Positions 49,093 through 58,543 of a DNA stretch of 64,000 nucleotides are shown one piece after another. Source of the DNA: an uncultured bacterium (GTDB lineage: Bacteria > Actinomycetota > Coriobacteriia > Coriobacteriales > Coriobacteriaceae); assembly GCA_905216145.1 (NCBI GenBank), contig CAJMST010000009.1:11928-75927 (forward strand). The letters are read 5' to 3'. A program made the translations under genes and the position numbers. The notes beneath the pieces were generated by a model. The model was not told the DNA's origin and did no database searches. It worked only from the letters and a program-made list of their open reading frames with translations. The stretch's first letter is position 1. Every line of letters starts with the position of its first letter.

Positions 49093-52000
49093 ATGGCGAA
49101 CACCCAGAACTATATTAACCACCTGCTGCAGAACACCGGCATTACGCCGGCATGCAGCGAAGAAGAGCGCTTGGCTGCCGAGGATATCGCTCAGATCTTC
49201 CGCAACCACGGCTTTGACCCCGAGGTTCAGGAGTTCAATGCCCCGGCGCCCAGTAGATTGGCATTTGCCGTTACCGGTATTCTTGCGTTTGCCGGCGCCC
49301 TGCTGATGGGCATCGGCGGCGGTATCGGCTTGGTTGGCACCTTGCTGGCCATTGTCGGCGCCGTTCTTTACGTGCTCGAGCGCACGGGCCACCCCGTGGT
49401 TTCGCGCCTGGGCAAGACGGGCGTGAGCCAAAATGTCATCGCCTACCACAAGGCCTCGGGCCCGCTCGCGTCTCCGCGCAACCGCCCGGTGGTCGTTGTC
49501 GCACACTACGACTCTCCCCGTGCTGAGCTGCTCGCCCGCGAGCCCTATGCTTCGTATCGTGCGCTCATCGCCAAGCTGTTGCCCGTTGCCACGGTTGCCC
49601 CTGCTGCCGTTGCCATCCTGCGTATCCTGCCGCTCCCCGGCGCGCTCAAGGTTCTGCTGTGGATTGTCGCGATCCTCGCTTCCCTCGTTGCACTTGCCAA
49701 CGCGGCAAACATCATCTCTAACCGCCACATTCTTCCCTATACGTCCGGCGCGGTGTGCAACAAGTCTTCTGTCGCCGCTATGCTCGGCGTTATGGACAAC
49801 GTTGCTCCCTTCCAGGGCGAGAACGAGTTTCCCGACGATGTTCCGTTCGATACCTATTTTGGGGAGCAGAAACGTCGTGCCGAGGAAATGGCGCGCGCGG
49901 CGGCGGAGTATGCCGCGGCCCAGCAGCAAAACGACTACGGCAACACCATCGAGTACGAAGAGCCTACCTACGCCGAGGACGAGTTCGGTCAGCCGATTGC
50001 TCCCGACGCTCAAACCGAGCCCGAACAGGGCGAGGCTTTTGACGAGCAGATCGAGGGCTTTGAGGGTGCGTCTGCCGACGAGACGCTGATTGGCGCCATC
50101 GTGCCCGAGGATCAGAATCAGGCTGTCCAGGCCGAAGAGTTCAATGACGAGGTTCCCGCTGCTGAGCCGGCGGAGGAGCCTGCCGCGGCCGAGCCCGAGC
50201 CCAAGCTCTATCGCAACGCCGCCGGCAACATCCGCTTTGGTTCGGATGCCATCCGTGCGCTCGGAATGCTTCCCGAGTCCTGCACGCTCGATTACGAGGA
50301 GGGCGAGGAGCCGACGTTTGAGCCCGAGCCTGCGCCCGTTGTCACTGCGGATGATGAGTCTGCCGCGGTTACCGCTGCCGTTGCCGAGCCCGAGGCGGTG
50401 TCTGCGATCGATCCCGCGGCAGGACTGGACATTTTGGCTCCCGCCGCGCCGGCGCAAGACGTTGCGGACGAGTCTGACGACGATTACGTTGAACAGCCGA
50501 GGCGCGTGTCTTACGAGAGCGATACTGATTTCTCTGCCGAGATTCCCGCGGCAACGCCCCATGCCGATATTGCATCCGCGTTCTCTTCGATTGGCGCCAG
50601 CGCTTCCAGCTTCTTTAAGGGTGCGCTTGCAAAGGGCAGGAAATTTGTCGACGATTTCGAGGAGAAGCGCGCTGCCGCACGCGAGGCTGCCGAGCAGGAG
50701 GCTATCGCTCAGCAGCAGGCAGCCGAGGCGGCACGTGAGCGCGCGGCGCAAGAGTTCGAGCAGAACGAGGCTATGCAGTCCGTGCCCGTCGACGCTGCCG
50801 AAGCTACGACGTCCTTTGAGTCCCAGCAACCGGCGTCAGCGGACGTTGTTGAGGCAACAACGTCTTTCGAGGCTCAACAGCACGTCGATAGCACCATGTC
50901 GTTTGATGCCGCGCAGTTCGATTCCACGATAACGTTTGAAAAGCAAGGCACCGCGATTGCCGAGCCCCTTCCTGTTTCCGATGAGCAGGGCGACGCGGCA
51001 GACGATGACGAGCCTATCGATGCTGCCGAAATCCAAGATGCCGCCGAGGACGAGCCCGTCGAGGCCAACTCTGACGAAGAGCAATACGCGACAGCCGAGC
51101 AAGATGATTCGACCGAGGTCGAGCAGGAGGAAGTGCCTGTGGTTTCCGAGGCTCCCGAGGCAGATGAGTCGAGGCCTTACTCCACGCAGATTTTCACCAT
51201 GCCGACCCCGAGTGGTTCCGGTGCCACGGTTGCCGATGTCGCTCCCACCCAGGACGAAACGGTCGATTCCCTTATGGCCCAGATTTCCTCCCAGGCATCG
51301 CCGCGTCCGCAGATGAATGTTCCCGATCCGGCGTCGGCTCCATCGCCTGCACCTTCCTCGTCTCCGCTGGCTTCGGTCCCCGATCCGTCGCTGCCGTCGA
51401 TGAAACAGACAAACGTTGCGTCTCGCACGTCGCTGTTCGACCTTCCCGACCCCTCCGCACAGGTCAACGACCCCTTTGCTACCGCTCAGGGTCCCGAACC
51501 CACATCGGCACCCGTTGCGCCTCCTATGCCCGTTGCGTCGGGCGCTCAGCCGATCGAGACCATTTCGGCTCCCGCCCCGGCGGCACCCAAGTCTCGCAAG
51601 CGCGGCCTGGGCGGCCTGTTCGGTCGTAAAAAGAAAAATGAGCAGGACAGCATGAGTGATTGGCTGGGCGTCGAAGACGATTACGATGCCAAGAAGTCCG
51701 GTCGCGGTATCGGTTCGTGGGATAACTTCGAGGACGATAACGATGGCTGGAAGGGCGGCGCTACGTCTTCCGATGGCGCTTCTTCCGAAGATATGCTCTC
51801 GGCTGTCGCCTCTATGGGCGATGATGAGCTGCTCGGTCACGATATCTGGTTTGTGGCAACGGGCGCCTCGGATTGTGATGGCGCCGGTATGAAGGCCTTC
51901 TTGGCTTCGCATCGCGATAAGCTCCGCGGCGTATTCTTCATCAATCTTGAATCCGTCGGCGCCGGTAGGCTTTCGGTGGTGACGGTCGAGGGCGAACAGC

Positions 52001-52269
52001 AGCTGCTCAAGGGCGATCGCCGCATCATGAACCTGGTCAGCAAGGTGTGCAAGTCGTTCCATGTCGATTGTGGCGCGCTCGAGATGCCCTATGCCAAGAC
52101 CGATGCCTATGCCGCGCTCGAGGCGAGCCGCCGAGCCCTCACCATCGCCGGCGTGGACGGCACGCGTCTGGCTTGCGCTCGTACCGAGGACGACCTGCCC
52201 CACAATGTCAACCCGACGAACATTGCCACGGTATCCGAGGTCGTGACCGAGGTTATCCGCCGTTCGTAG
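49093..52269 (+). CDS. Divergent M28-peptidase-like membrane protein split by a ~650-aa acidic low-complexity region
   Basis: N-terminal PVVVVAHYDSP (HxD) and GAVCNKSSVAAMLGV. C-terminal DIWFVATGASDCDGAGMKAFL...FFINLESVG. Several TM helices after residue 60. The centre is Ala/Glu/Pro/Asp-rich. Start set to the ATG at 49093 (GGAG 5 nt upstream); the track ORF starts at 48943. Confidence 0.7.
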   Translation: MANTQNYINHLLQNTGITPACSEEERLAAEDIAQIFRNHGFDPEVQEFNAPAPSRLAFAVTGILAFAGALLMGIGGGIGLVGTLLAIVGAVLYVLERTGHPVVSRLGKTGVSQNVIAYHKASGPLASPRNRPVVVVAHYDSPRAELLAREPYASYRALIAKLLPVATVAPAAVAILRILPLPGALKVLLWIVAILASLVALANAANIISNRHILPYTSGAVCNKSSVAAMLGVMDNVAPFQGENEFPDDVPFDTYFGEQKRRAEEMARAAAEYAAAQQQNDYGNTIEYEEPTYAEDEFGQPIAPDAQTEPEQGEAFDEQIEGFEGASADETLIGAIVPEDQNQAVQAEEFNDEVPAAEPAEEPAAAEPEPKLYRNAAGNIRFGSDAIRALGMLPESCTLDYEEGEEPTFEPEPAPVVTADDESAAVTAAVAEPEAVSAIDPAAGLDILAPAAPAQDVADESDDDYVEQPRRVSYESDTDFSAEIPAATPHADIASAFSSIGASASSFFKGALAKGRKFVDDFEEKRAAAREAAEQEAIAQQQAAEAARERAAQEFEQNEAMQSVPVDAAEATTSFESQQPASADVVEATTSFEAQQHVDSTMSFDAAQFDSTITFEKQGTAIAEPLPVSDEQGDAADDDEPIDAAEIQDAAEDEPVEANSDEEQYATAEQDDSTEVEQEEVPVVSEAPEADESRPYSTQIFTMPTPSGSGATVADVAPTQDETVDSLMAQISSQASPRPQMNVPDPASAPSPAPSSSPLASVPDPSLPSMKQTNVASRTSLFDLPDPSAQVNDPFATAQGPEPTSAPVAPPMPVASGAQPIETISAPAPAAPKSRKRGLGGLFGRKKKNEQDSMSDWLGVEDDYDAKKSGRGIGSWDNFEDDNDGWKGGATSSDGASSEDMLSAVASMGDDELLGHDIWFVATGASDCDGAGMKAFLASHRDKLRGVFFINLESVGAGRLSVVTVEGEQQLLKGDRRIMNLVSKVCKSFHVDCGALEMPYAKTDAYAALEASRRALTIAGVDGTRLACARTEDDLPHNVNPTNIATVSEVVTEVIRRS

Positions 52270-52290
52270 ACGGAGCTCTAAGGAGTCAAC

Positions 52291-52509
52291 GTGTTTTCAT
52301 ATATTAAGCGCCATTGGCCTGTCTACGTGATTTTGACCTTGATTGCCATTGCGTTAGGATTTGGGGCTGCCTACATCGTGGGTGCAAAGGGCTCGACCCC
52401 CGCCTCCGCAATCAGCGAAGAGGTGGAGCAAGAACAGAGTACGGGTGCCGATGGGATTCCTGAGTCCGAGCAGGCAATCGTTGATGGTGGATCTTCGTCT
52501 GCAGAGTAG
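52291..52509 (+). CDS. Small single-pass membrane protein
   Basis: GTG start after AAGGAG. One TM helix (WPVYVILTLIAIALGFGAAYIVGA) and an acidic tail. Confidence 0.5.
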   Translation: MFSYIKRHWPVYVILTLIAIALGFGAAYIVGAKGSTPASAISEEVEQEQSTGADGIPESEQAIVDGGSSSAE

Positions 52510-52532
52510 ATACGGCGATTTACATGATTGAA

Positions 52533-52570
52533 AGCGGGCGAGCCAGGGGGACTGGCTCGCCCGCTTTTTC
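52533..52570. terminator. Terminator hairpin between convergent genes
   Basis: AGCGGGCGAGCCAG-GGGGA-CTGGCTCGCCCGCT followed by TTTTT on the plus strand. Confidence 0.75.
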
Positions 52571-52576
52571 ATCGCG

Positions 52577-55500
52577 CTAGCGCTTCTTTGGGGTCGACCT
52601 AAGGCGAGCGAACCATAGGGCTGCGGCACCCGAGGTCAGGAGCGCGGTGATGCAAGCGGCGATGGGAACTGATCCTGTTGCCGGTAGGTCCTGCGGTAGG
52701 GTACAGCGTTGAATGACACGGTCCTCGTCATGTGACTCAAGTTTATCGCCGCCGCCGTTGCGGCAAAGATCGACGCGTGCGCTGTTGGTGAGTGCGGTTT
52801 GGGGCGTATAAGCCGACGTCGCCTGCATGTGCACGATTGCGCCCCGAGCGTCTGTGCCAAGGATTGCTTTGGCATCGTCAAGGTCGTCGTGCTCATCTTT
52901 GAGATCATCGCGGGTCCAAGAATCCGCATCGCTTCGAGTCGTAAAGCCGGCGGCTACCGCACCGTATTCAATGCGAATGCCCGTTACGACGGTATTGGAC
53001 GCAAGGTCGAGTTCTTTCGCCTCGAGTGTGGTGGATTCCGTGGTCGAGACATCCGCCTTCCAGAGGTGCCAGCCGTCGTAATCGACGAGGCGGCAATCCT
53101 CACCCAGACTTTCCCTTACTTCGTCGGACTCAAGCCAAGGATTTTCGTGCCCATCGTCAAGTGTCGCGTTTGCCGGCTCATCGACGTCTGTCGAGTCCAA
53201 CGGCGTCGTGCGATACCATACGTTGCACAGACCGTTGAGGTCGCCGATGGCGACGGGGGTTTCGATTGAGATGAATCTCGCTGTGCCGTCTTTGGCGCAC
53301 TCAAGATCATCGGTAATCGTAAACTCATCAACCCAAGTAGCGGAATCGTTTCGAGCATCGATGGTATAGGAGAAAAGCCCATCCGTATTGGTTTGCATCG
53401 CGGCACGGTTTTTACCATCGCCGTTAGCCAACAGGCCCTTTTCGATAGGTTGGACAAGTTCCTGACGCTTGTCGACCTGCCCCTTGATCTCGATGGGCGC
53501 ATCCTTCATCGCGACGGATTGGACTTCTCCCGTATCCTTTATTTCAAACGTTATCTCCTCGGCAAGGTCATAGGTCCGCGGAGACATCATTTCGCGCAAC
53601 GAGTAGGTGCCGGGTGCAAGATGTTCGACGCGGTGTGGCTTGTCGGATGAGGTCCAGGAGTCTATTTCGGTTTTATCGGGACCATATAAGGTGAGCCGTG
53701 CGCCTTCTACTTCCTGCTCATCGCTTGCATCGACCTTGGAGATATCAACCTTGGTGTAATCGTCGGATACGTTAAGCCGTGCTTCTACAACGGGTGTTTT
53801 CTGGTCGGCATAAGTAAGGTCGACAATATGGGTTGTCTGATCGAGCAAGAAGCCTGCCGGCGCTTGAGTCTCGACAACCTCGTAGCGTGCGGTGCCAGAT
53901 CCCAGTGGGAGGTTGTCCGCGCGTGCTTCTCCAGTTTCATCCGTCGTGACGGTAGCGACAGTCTCACCGTCGAGTGCGGCAATGCTACCGTCGGGGCGCA
54001 CGATATCACCCGAGGCACGGATCTCAAAGATGGCGCCCGCGAGGCTGCTGCCGTCTACGGCATCGGTTTTAACGATCCTGATATTTCCGGTCGCGGCGTG
54101 GTCATAATACGAGGCGATTGCAACGGGCGTTAGGTTCATGTCGGCGGGTATGTTTACCTCGATTTCTTCGCCGACAAGATAGGGCTCTTTGGCCGAGGTT
54201 TCGCGTACATAATAGGTGCCCGGCACGAGCGATTCGGGCAGTGTGACGGTCCCGGTCGCGTCAGTCGTAAAGGTGTCCATTACGTTATGTGCTGGATACC
54301 AGCAAGTTTGTGAGACAGGTTCGTGATTGCTGTCGAGGAGTTGGAAGGTGAATCCGGCTAGGGGAACAGAAGCGCCTGTTTGGGCATCGCGTTTTACAAT
54401 CTGGAGATGCGTCGACAGAGCGTGATTGTCCACGATATATTGAAGCTCGGCGCCGTCGGAAATCTGATTGGCCCCGACGGTCCATTCCCCTGCACGTTTA
54501 AAACCCTCGGGGACGGTTTCCGGAACCTCGCGAACCGTGTAGCCGGCACGGTCGTATGGGACGGCTCCGTGGACACCGGCGGGTCGCTTGCCTGTGCCGA
54601 ACCATGCTTCGGGCTGATCTTCGGTGGAGGCAAAGCCATAGATGTTTGTGGTCAGTGTGCCAACAACCTGCTGAGAGCTGTTGCTGACAACCTCAAAGAC
54701 AACACCACCCGCCGGCTGCTCCAGGCCGGATTGGTCGCTATTGCCGTAATCCTTGAATTTGGAAATCTCAAGGTTAAACGCAATGGGGATATCGGAAACG
54801 CGAGATTCGATCTCGACCACGCCTGAATCGCCGAGCTGGTCGGCTCCAACGGTATAGGTCCAGCTGTCGTTGGATGGCAGGTAGCCCTCGGGGGCTTTTG
54901 ATTCGTAGATGGTAAAGGTTCCTAAGGGGACATCGGCGAGGGTGGCCCGACCGCTTTCGTCGGTCGTGAGGATTTGTGTCCATCCAGGGGTTGATTGCGA
55001 CACACACGTGAACTCTGCTCCTGCGAGCGAAGCTCCCACCTGGTGGCCGGCATTCGTCGCGGCATCGAGTTTTACGATACGCAGGTTGATGGTGCCGGGC
55101 TGTTCACCAATGACGACCCGCCCGCCGTCATTCCCCGTGGTAAAGGCAATACGATCGTGGCGGGGGACATAGCCGGCCGGCGCCTTCGTTTCAACTAGGT
55201 AGTATGCCGTGTTGGGCAGAAGTGTTGCTTGCGCTCGACCGTTGCTGTCCATCTTGATGGTGCCGACACGCGCGCCGCTGGCGCTCTCAAAAATATCGAA
55301 TGTTGCCCCGGTAAACTGATAGGTATTGTTTCCGCTGGTAATAACGGTGTTAGCAGACTGCTTTTGGAAGGAAACAGACACCGCCGGCAGTACATAGAGC
55401 ATGTCTTGACGTTTGCTGCCGCCCGATACGGCCCCTAGATAGCGTCGCGCGCGGTGCGGAGCGGCTTTGATGCTTCCTGATTTTGCGCTGTCGTGGAGCC

Positions 55501-56008
55501 ACCGCGCAGCCGCCACGACTTCATTGTCGGAGGTAAAGTGTCCGCTCTTGGTTTTACCCTGAGCGGTCGTGTAGGAGTAGGTGCCGTCGACATGGGTGGT
55601 GCCGTTGAGCATCCATACGGCAAGCTGGGTGGCGGCGCGGGCGCGATCGGGTGAAAGATGGTAACCGCCAAACGACGTGGCGGTAGGATATCCGTGACAA
55701 ACGATTGCCGCGAACTCGTCGTCGAGCCACACCCAGCCTTGATCAAAGTTGAGCCATGGGCCGCCCGGCTTGGTGGGGCCGGGGCGCTCCTGGTTCATGC
55801 AGTAGGCAATCGAGGCGTCTTGAGCTTCATACTTGCCGATGAAGAAGGGTCCACAATCATCGCTAATAGTGCGGAAGCCGAGCTGGTCGTAGCCATCGAC
55901 GGCAAATGCGGCTCCCGGTGCCAGGCAGCCGAAAAGCAGGAAGAGGAGCAGGAGCAGCGGACCTGTTGCGATTGCGCTGTGGACAGAGTGCGTGGGTGCG
56001 TTGGACAT
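52577..56008 (-). CDS. LPXTG-anchored thioester-domain (TED) adhesin with multiple SpaA/CnaB-type repeats
   Basis: Signal peptide. TED motifs AYCMNQERPGP (Cys) and ATQLAVWML (Gln). At least 6 prealbumin-like repeats with E-box-like YYLVETKAPAGY, TIYESKAPEGY, YYVRETSA, YEVVETQAPAGF. Sorting signal LPATGS + hydrophobic + RLRSTPKKR. Confidence 0.82.
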   Translation of the reverse strand: MSNAPTHSVHSAIATGPLLLLLFLLFGCLAPGAAFAVDGYDQLGFRTISDDCGPFFIGKYEAQDASIAYCMNQERPGPTKPGGPWLNFDQGWVWLDDEFAAIVCHGYPTATSFGGYHLSPDRARAATQLAVWMLNGTTHVDGTYSYTTAQGKTKSGHFTSDNEVVAAARWLHDSAKSGSIKAAPHRARRYLGAVSGGSKRQDMLYVLPAVSVSFQKQSANTVITSGNNTYQFTGATFDIFESASGARVGTIKMDSNGRAQATLLPNTAYYLVETKAPAGYVPRHDRIAFTTGNDGGRVVIGEQPGTINLRIVKLDAATNAGHQVGASLAGAEFTCVSQSTPGWTQILTTDESGRATLADVPLGTFTIYESKAPEGYLPSNDSWTYTVGADQLGDSGVVEIESRVSDIPIAFNLEISKFKDYGNSDQSGLEQPAGGVVFEVVSNSSQQVVGTLTTNIYGFASTEDQPEAWFGTGKRPAGVHGAVPYDRAGYTVREVPETVPEGFKRAGEWTVGANQISDGAELQYIVDNHALSTHLQIVKRDAQTGASVPLAGFTFQLLDSNHEPVSQTCWYPAHNVMDTFTTDATGTVTLPESLVPGTYYVRETSAKEPYLVGEEIEVNIPADMNLTPVAIASYYDHAATGNIRIVKTDAVDGSSLAGAIFEIRASGDIVRPDGSIAALDGETVATVTTDETGEARADNLPLGSGTARYEVVETQAPAGFLLDQTTHIVDLTYADQKTPVVEARLNVSDDYTKVDISKVDASDEQEVEGARLTLYGPDKTEIDSWTSSDKPHRVEHLAPGTYSLREMMSPRTYDLAEEITFEIKDTGEVQSVAMKDAPIEIKGQVDKRQELVQPIEKGLLANGDGKNRAAMQTNTDGLFSYTIDARNDSATWVDEFTITDDLECAKDGTARFISIETPVAIGDLNGLCNVWYRTTPLDSTDVDEPANATLDDGHENPWLESDEVRESLGEDCRLVDYDGWHLWKADVSTTESTTLEAKELDLASNTVVTGIRIEYGAVAAGFTTRSDADSWTRDDLKDEHDDLDDAKAILGTDARGAIVHMQATSAYTPQTALTNSARVDLCRNGGGDKLESHDEDRVIQRCTLPQDLPATGSVPIAACITALLTSGAAALWFARLRSTPKKR

Positions 56009-56305
56009 GGCTGCTCCTTATCCCTCGTGCGTCGCACGGGGAGGCTGCGACGCGTAGGATGAGGCTACCCCCGAGGTTCATGCGGGTAAGTACCGGAGCC
56101 TGACCAAAAGCTTGCCCAATTCCTGACAAATTGAGCTCAAATACAACAATCAAGCAAAAGCGCAGGTAGAAGATAAGGGGAACAGGAAGTCAAAGGTCCT
56201 CGTCTCCACAATTGACGCGATTTTCAAACGAATCTCCACAGCTAAAACAAGCATTGCCACCCTTGTATCGAACAAGACAACCGCGTTATACTATCCCCCA
56301 CATAT

Positions 56306-56380
56306 GCGGGCATCGCCAAGTGGTAAGGCATCAGCTTCCCAAGCTGACACTCGCGGGTTCGAGTCCCGTTGCCCGCTCCA
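56306..56380 (+). tRNA. tRNA-Gly (anticodon CCC)
   Basis: GCGGGCATCGCCAAGTGGTAAGGCATCAGCTTCCCAAGCTGACACTCGCGGGTTCGAGTCCCGTTGCCCGCTCCA, hand-folded. Anticodon stem TCAGC/GCTGA, loop TTCCCAA. Confidence 0.9.
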
Positions 56381-56390
56381 TTCGAATTTC

Positions 56391-56423
56391 AGGCACGGTA
56401 ACGTTTCGTTACCGTGCCTTTTT
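56391..56423 (+). terminator. Intrinsic terminator after tRNA-Gly
   Basis: AGGCACGGTAACG-TTT-CGTTACCGTGCCT followed by TTTT. Confidence 0.8.
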
Positions 56424-56519
56424 CAATAAAGTGCCGGGACTCGAACCCGACAGGGTGCGAGCGTTAAATAAACGCGAAGCGTTTATAGCGAGCAGGCAAG
56501 GTCGCCGATAGGCGGCCGC

Positions 56520-56571
56520 AGCCGGTGCGGATTTGCGAAGCAAATACGCGGACGTCCCGTTGCCCGCTCCA
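56520..56571 (+). repeat. 39-bp direct repeat copy 1 fused to an exact 18-bp duplicate of the tRNA-Gly 3' end
   Basis: AGCCGGTGCGGATTTGCGAAGCAAATACGCGGACGTCCC (56520..56558). GTCCCGTTGCCCGCTCCA (56554..56571) is identical to 56363..56380. Confidence 0.85.
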
Positions 56572-56650
56572 TCAGCAAAGGAAGACGTGGGGACGGACAA
56601 TTCGGCGGAGTCTTCCCCTTCGGCTTCGTGAAGCTGAGGGGCTCGCCTGA

Positions 56651-56689
56651 AGCCGGTGCGGATTTGCGAAGCAAATACGCGGATGTCCC
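56651..56689 (+). repeat. 39-bp direct repeat copy 2 (1 mismatch), followed by a degenerate tRNA-3'-end-like sequence
   Basis: AGCCGGTGCGGATTTGCGAAGCAAATACGCGGATGTCCC, then CATGGCTGCTCTT, which loosely resembles GTTGCCCGCTCCA. Confidence 0.8.
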
Positions 56690-56804
56690 CATGGCTGCTC
56701 TTGCGGCAAAATGTTAGGTTAATGCCTACTGCCCATACTTGCACCTGCGCACGGTACAATGGTTGGGTTACGACCAACGTGCCAATAACCAAAAAGGAGC
56801 CGCT

Positions 56805-58151
56805 ATGATCGATCGCTATACCCGCCCGGAGATGGGACACATCTTCTCCCTCGAGAACAAGTACGCCATTTGGCAGGAGATCGAGGTTCTGGCCTGCGAG
56901 GCCCAGGCGGAGCTCGGCAAGATCGGTATTTCCAAAGACGAGGCCCAGTGGATCCGCGACCATGCCAACTTTGAGAAGGCGAAGGTCGATGAGATCGAGG
57001 AAGTCACGCGCCACGACGTCATTGCCTTCCTGACCAACATGAAGGAATACATCGATGCCGATGTTCCCGAGGGCGACCCCAAGCCCAGCCGCTGGGTTCA
57101 CTATGGCATGACCAGCTCCGATCTGGGCGACACGGCCCTGTGCTACCAGCTCACCCAGGCCTGCGACCTGATCATCGAGGATGTCAAGAAGCTCGGCGAG
57201 ATCTGCAAGCGTCGCGCCTTCGAGGAGCGCAACACGCTCTGTGCCGGCCGCACTCATGGCATCCACGCCGAGCCGATGACCTTCGGCATGAAGTTTGGCT
57301 CTTGGGCCTGGGAGCTCAAGCGCGATCTGGACCGTCTTGAGGACGCCCGCAAGAATGTTGCCTTCGGTGCCATCTCGGGCGCTGTCGGCACGTACAGCTC
57401 CATCGAGCCGTTCGTCGAGGAGTACGTCTGCGAGCACCTGGGCCTGGTTCACGACCCGCTGTCCACGCAGGTTATCAGCCGCGACCATCACGCCTATCTC
57501 GCCGGCGTTCTCGCCACCACCGCAGCCACCTGCGAGCGCATCGCTACCGAGGTCCGCAATCTGCAGAAGACTGATACGCTCGAGGCCGAGGAGCCGTTCC
57601 GTAAGGGCCAAAAGGGTAGCTCCGCCATGCCGCACAAGCGCAATCCCATCACCATGGAGAAGGTCTGCGGTCTGTCGCGCGTCGTGAAGTCCAACGCCCA
57701 GGTTGCCTTCGATAACGTCGCCCTGTGGCACGAGCGTGACATTTCGCACTCCTCTGCCGAGCGTGTCGCCCAGGCCGATAGCTTCATCGCACTCGACCAC
57801 ATGTTCCAGTGCCTCATCCGCGTTATCGACGGCCTGCAGCTGTATCCCGCTCGCATGATGGCCAACCTCAATAAGACCCGCGGCCTCATCTTCTCCTCCA
57901 AGGTGCTGCTCGCCCTCGTCGACACGGGTATCACCCGCGAGGACGCGTACGCCATTGTGCAGGAGAACGCCATGGCAACCTGGCACGAGGTACAGGATTG
58001 TGTCTCCGGCCCCACCTTTAAGGAACGTCTCGAGGCCGACCCGCGCTGCATCGTCAGCCAGGAGAAGCTCGACGAGATTTTTGATCCGTGGGACTTCCTC
58101 ACCCGTATCGACACAGTCTTTGATCGTCTGGAGCAGCTGAGCTTCGAGTAG
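56805..58151 (+). CDS. purB: Adenylosuccinate lyase
   Basis: MIDRYTRPEMGHIFSLENKYAIWQEIE and the fumarate-lyase signature GSSAMPHKRNP. Start at the ATG at 56805, after AAAGGAG. Confidence 0.93.
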   Translation: MIDRYTRPEMGHIFSLENKYAIWQEIEVLACEAQAELGKIGISKDEAQWIRDHANFEKAKVDEIEEVTRHDVIAFLTNMKEYIDADVPEGDPKPSRWVHYGMTSSDLGDTALCYQLTQACDLIIEDVKKLGEICKRRAFEERNTLCAGRTHGIHAEPMTFGMKFGSWAWELKRDLDRLEDARKNVAFGAISGAVGTYSSIEPFVEEYVCEHLGLVHDPLSTQVISRDHHAYLAGVLATTAATCERIATEVRNLQKTDTLEAEEPFRKGQKGSSAMPHKRNPITMEKVCGLSRVVKSNAQVAFDNVALWHERDISHSSAERVAQADSFIALDHMFQCLIRVIDGLQLYPARMMANLNKTRGLIFSSKVLLALVDTGITREDAYAIVQENAMATWHEVQDCVSGPTFKERLEADPRCIVSQEKLDEIFDPWDFLTRIDTVFDRLEQLSFE

Positions 58152-58279
58152 GTTCGGGCATAACGTTAGCTTTTTAGGGCGCTTTGCTGGTAATGTGTGT
58201 TGCCGGCAAAGCGCCTCGTTGCATTTAGGGAAAGACGGGGATAATAGTCGTCTCGAATAACATTCTGAGAGGGGATCGC

Positions 58280-58543
58280 ATGATTTCGTTTGATTACAAG
58301 CCTCAGGGCGTGTGTGCTCGCAATATTCACCTTGACCTTTCCGATGACGGCAACAAGGTGATGGGCGTTGAGTTTACCGGCGGCTGCGATGGTAACCTCA
58401 AGGCCATCTCCAGGCTGGTCGAGAGTGCTCCTGCCGATCGGGTAATCGAGGTTCTCGCCGGTAATACCTGCGGTATGAAAAAGACCTCCTGCGCCGACCA
58501 GCTTACGCGCGCTATCGAGGCCGCTCGCGCCGAGATCGCCTAA
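58280..58543 (+). CDS. TSCPD-domain small protein (TIGR03905-like)
   Basis: 87 aa with GVC...FTGGCDGNL...NTCGMKKTSCADQL, the four-Cys pattern I recall for this family. Confidence 0.7.
   Translation: MISFDYKPQGVCARNIHLDLSDDGNKVMGVEFTGGCDGNLKAISRLVESAPADRVIEVLAGNTCGMKKTSCADQLTRAIEAARAEIA

Noticed and set aside
49042-52203. Minus-strand ORFs of 595 aa and 455 aa
   Set aside because: Antisense of the M28-like gene. Their Arg/Gly/Leu-rich low complexity mirrors the acidic repeats.
56425-56520. Possible minus-strand tRNA suggested by the GGGTTCGAGTCCC T-arm match
   Set aside because: No acceptor stem, and the would-be anticodon arm has a 3-nt loop. It is a fragment, not a gene.
56409-57986. 525-aa minus-strand ORF
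   Set aside because: Antisense of purB, extending into the repeat region.
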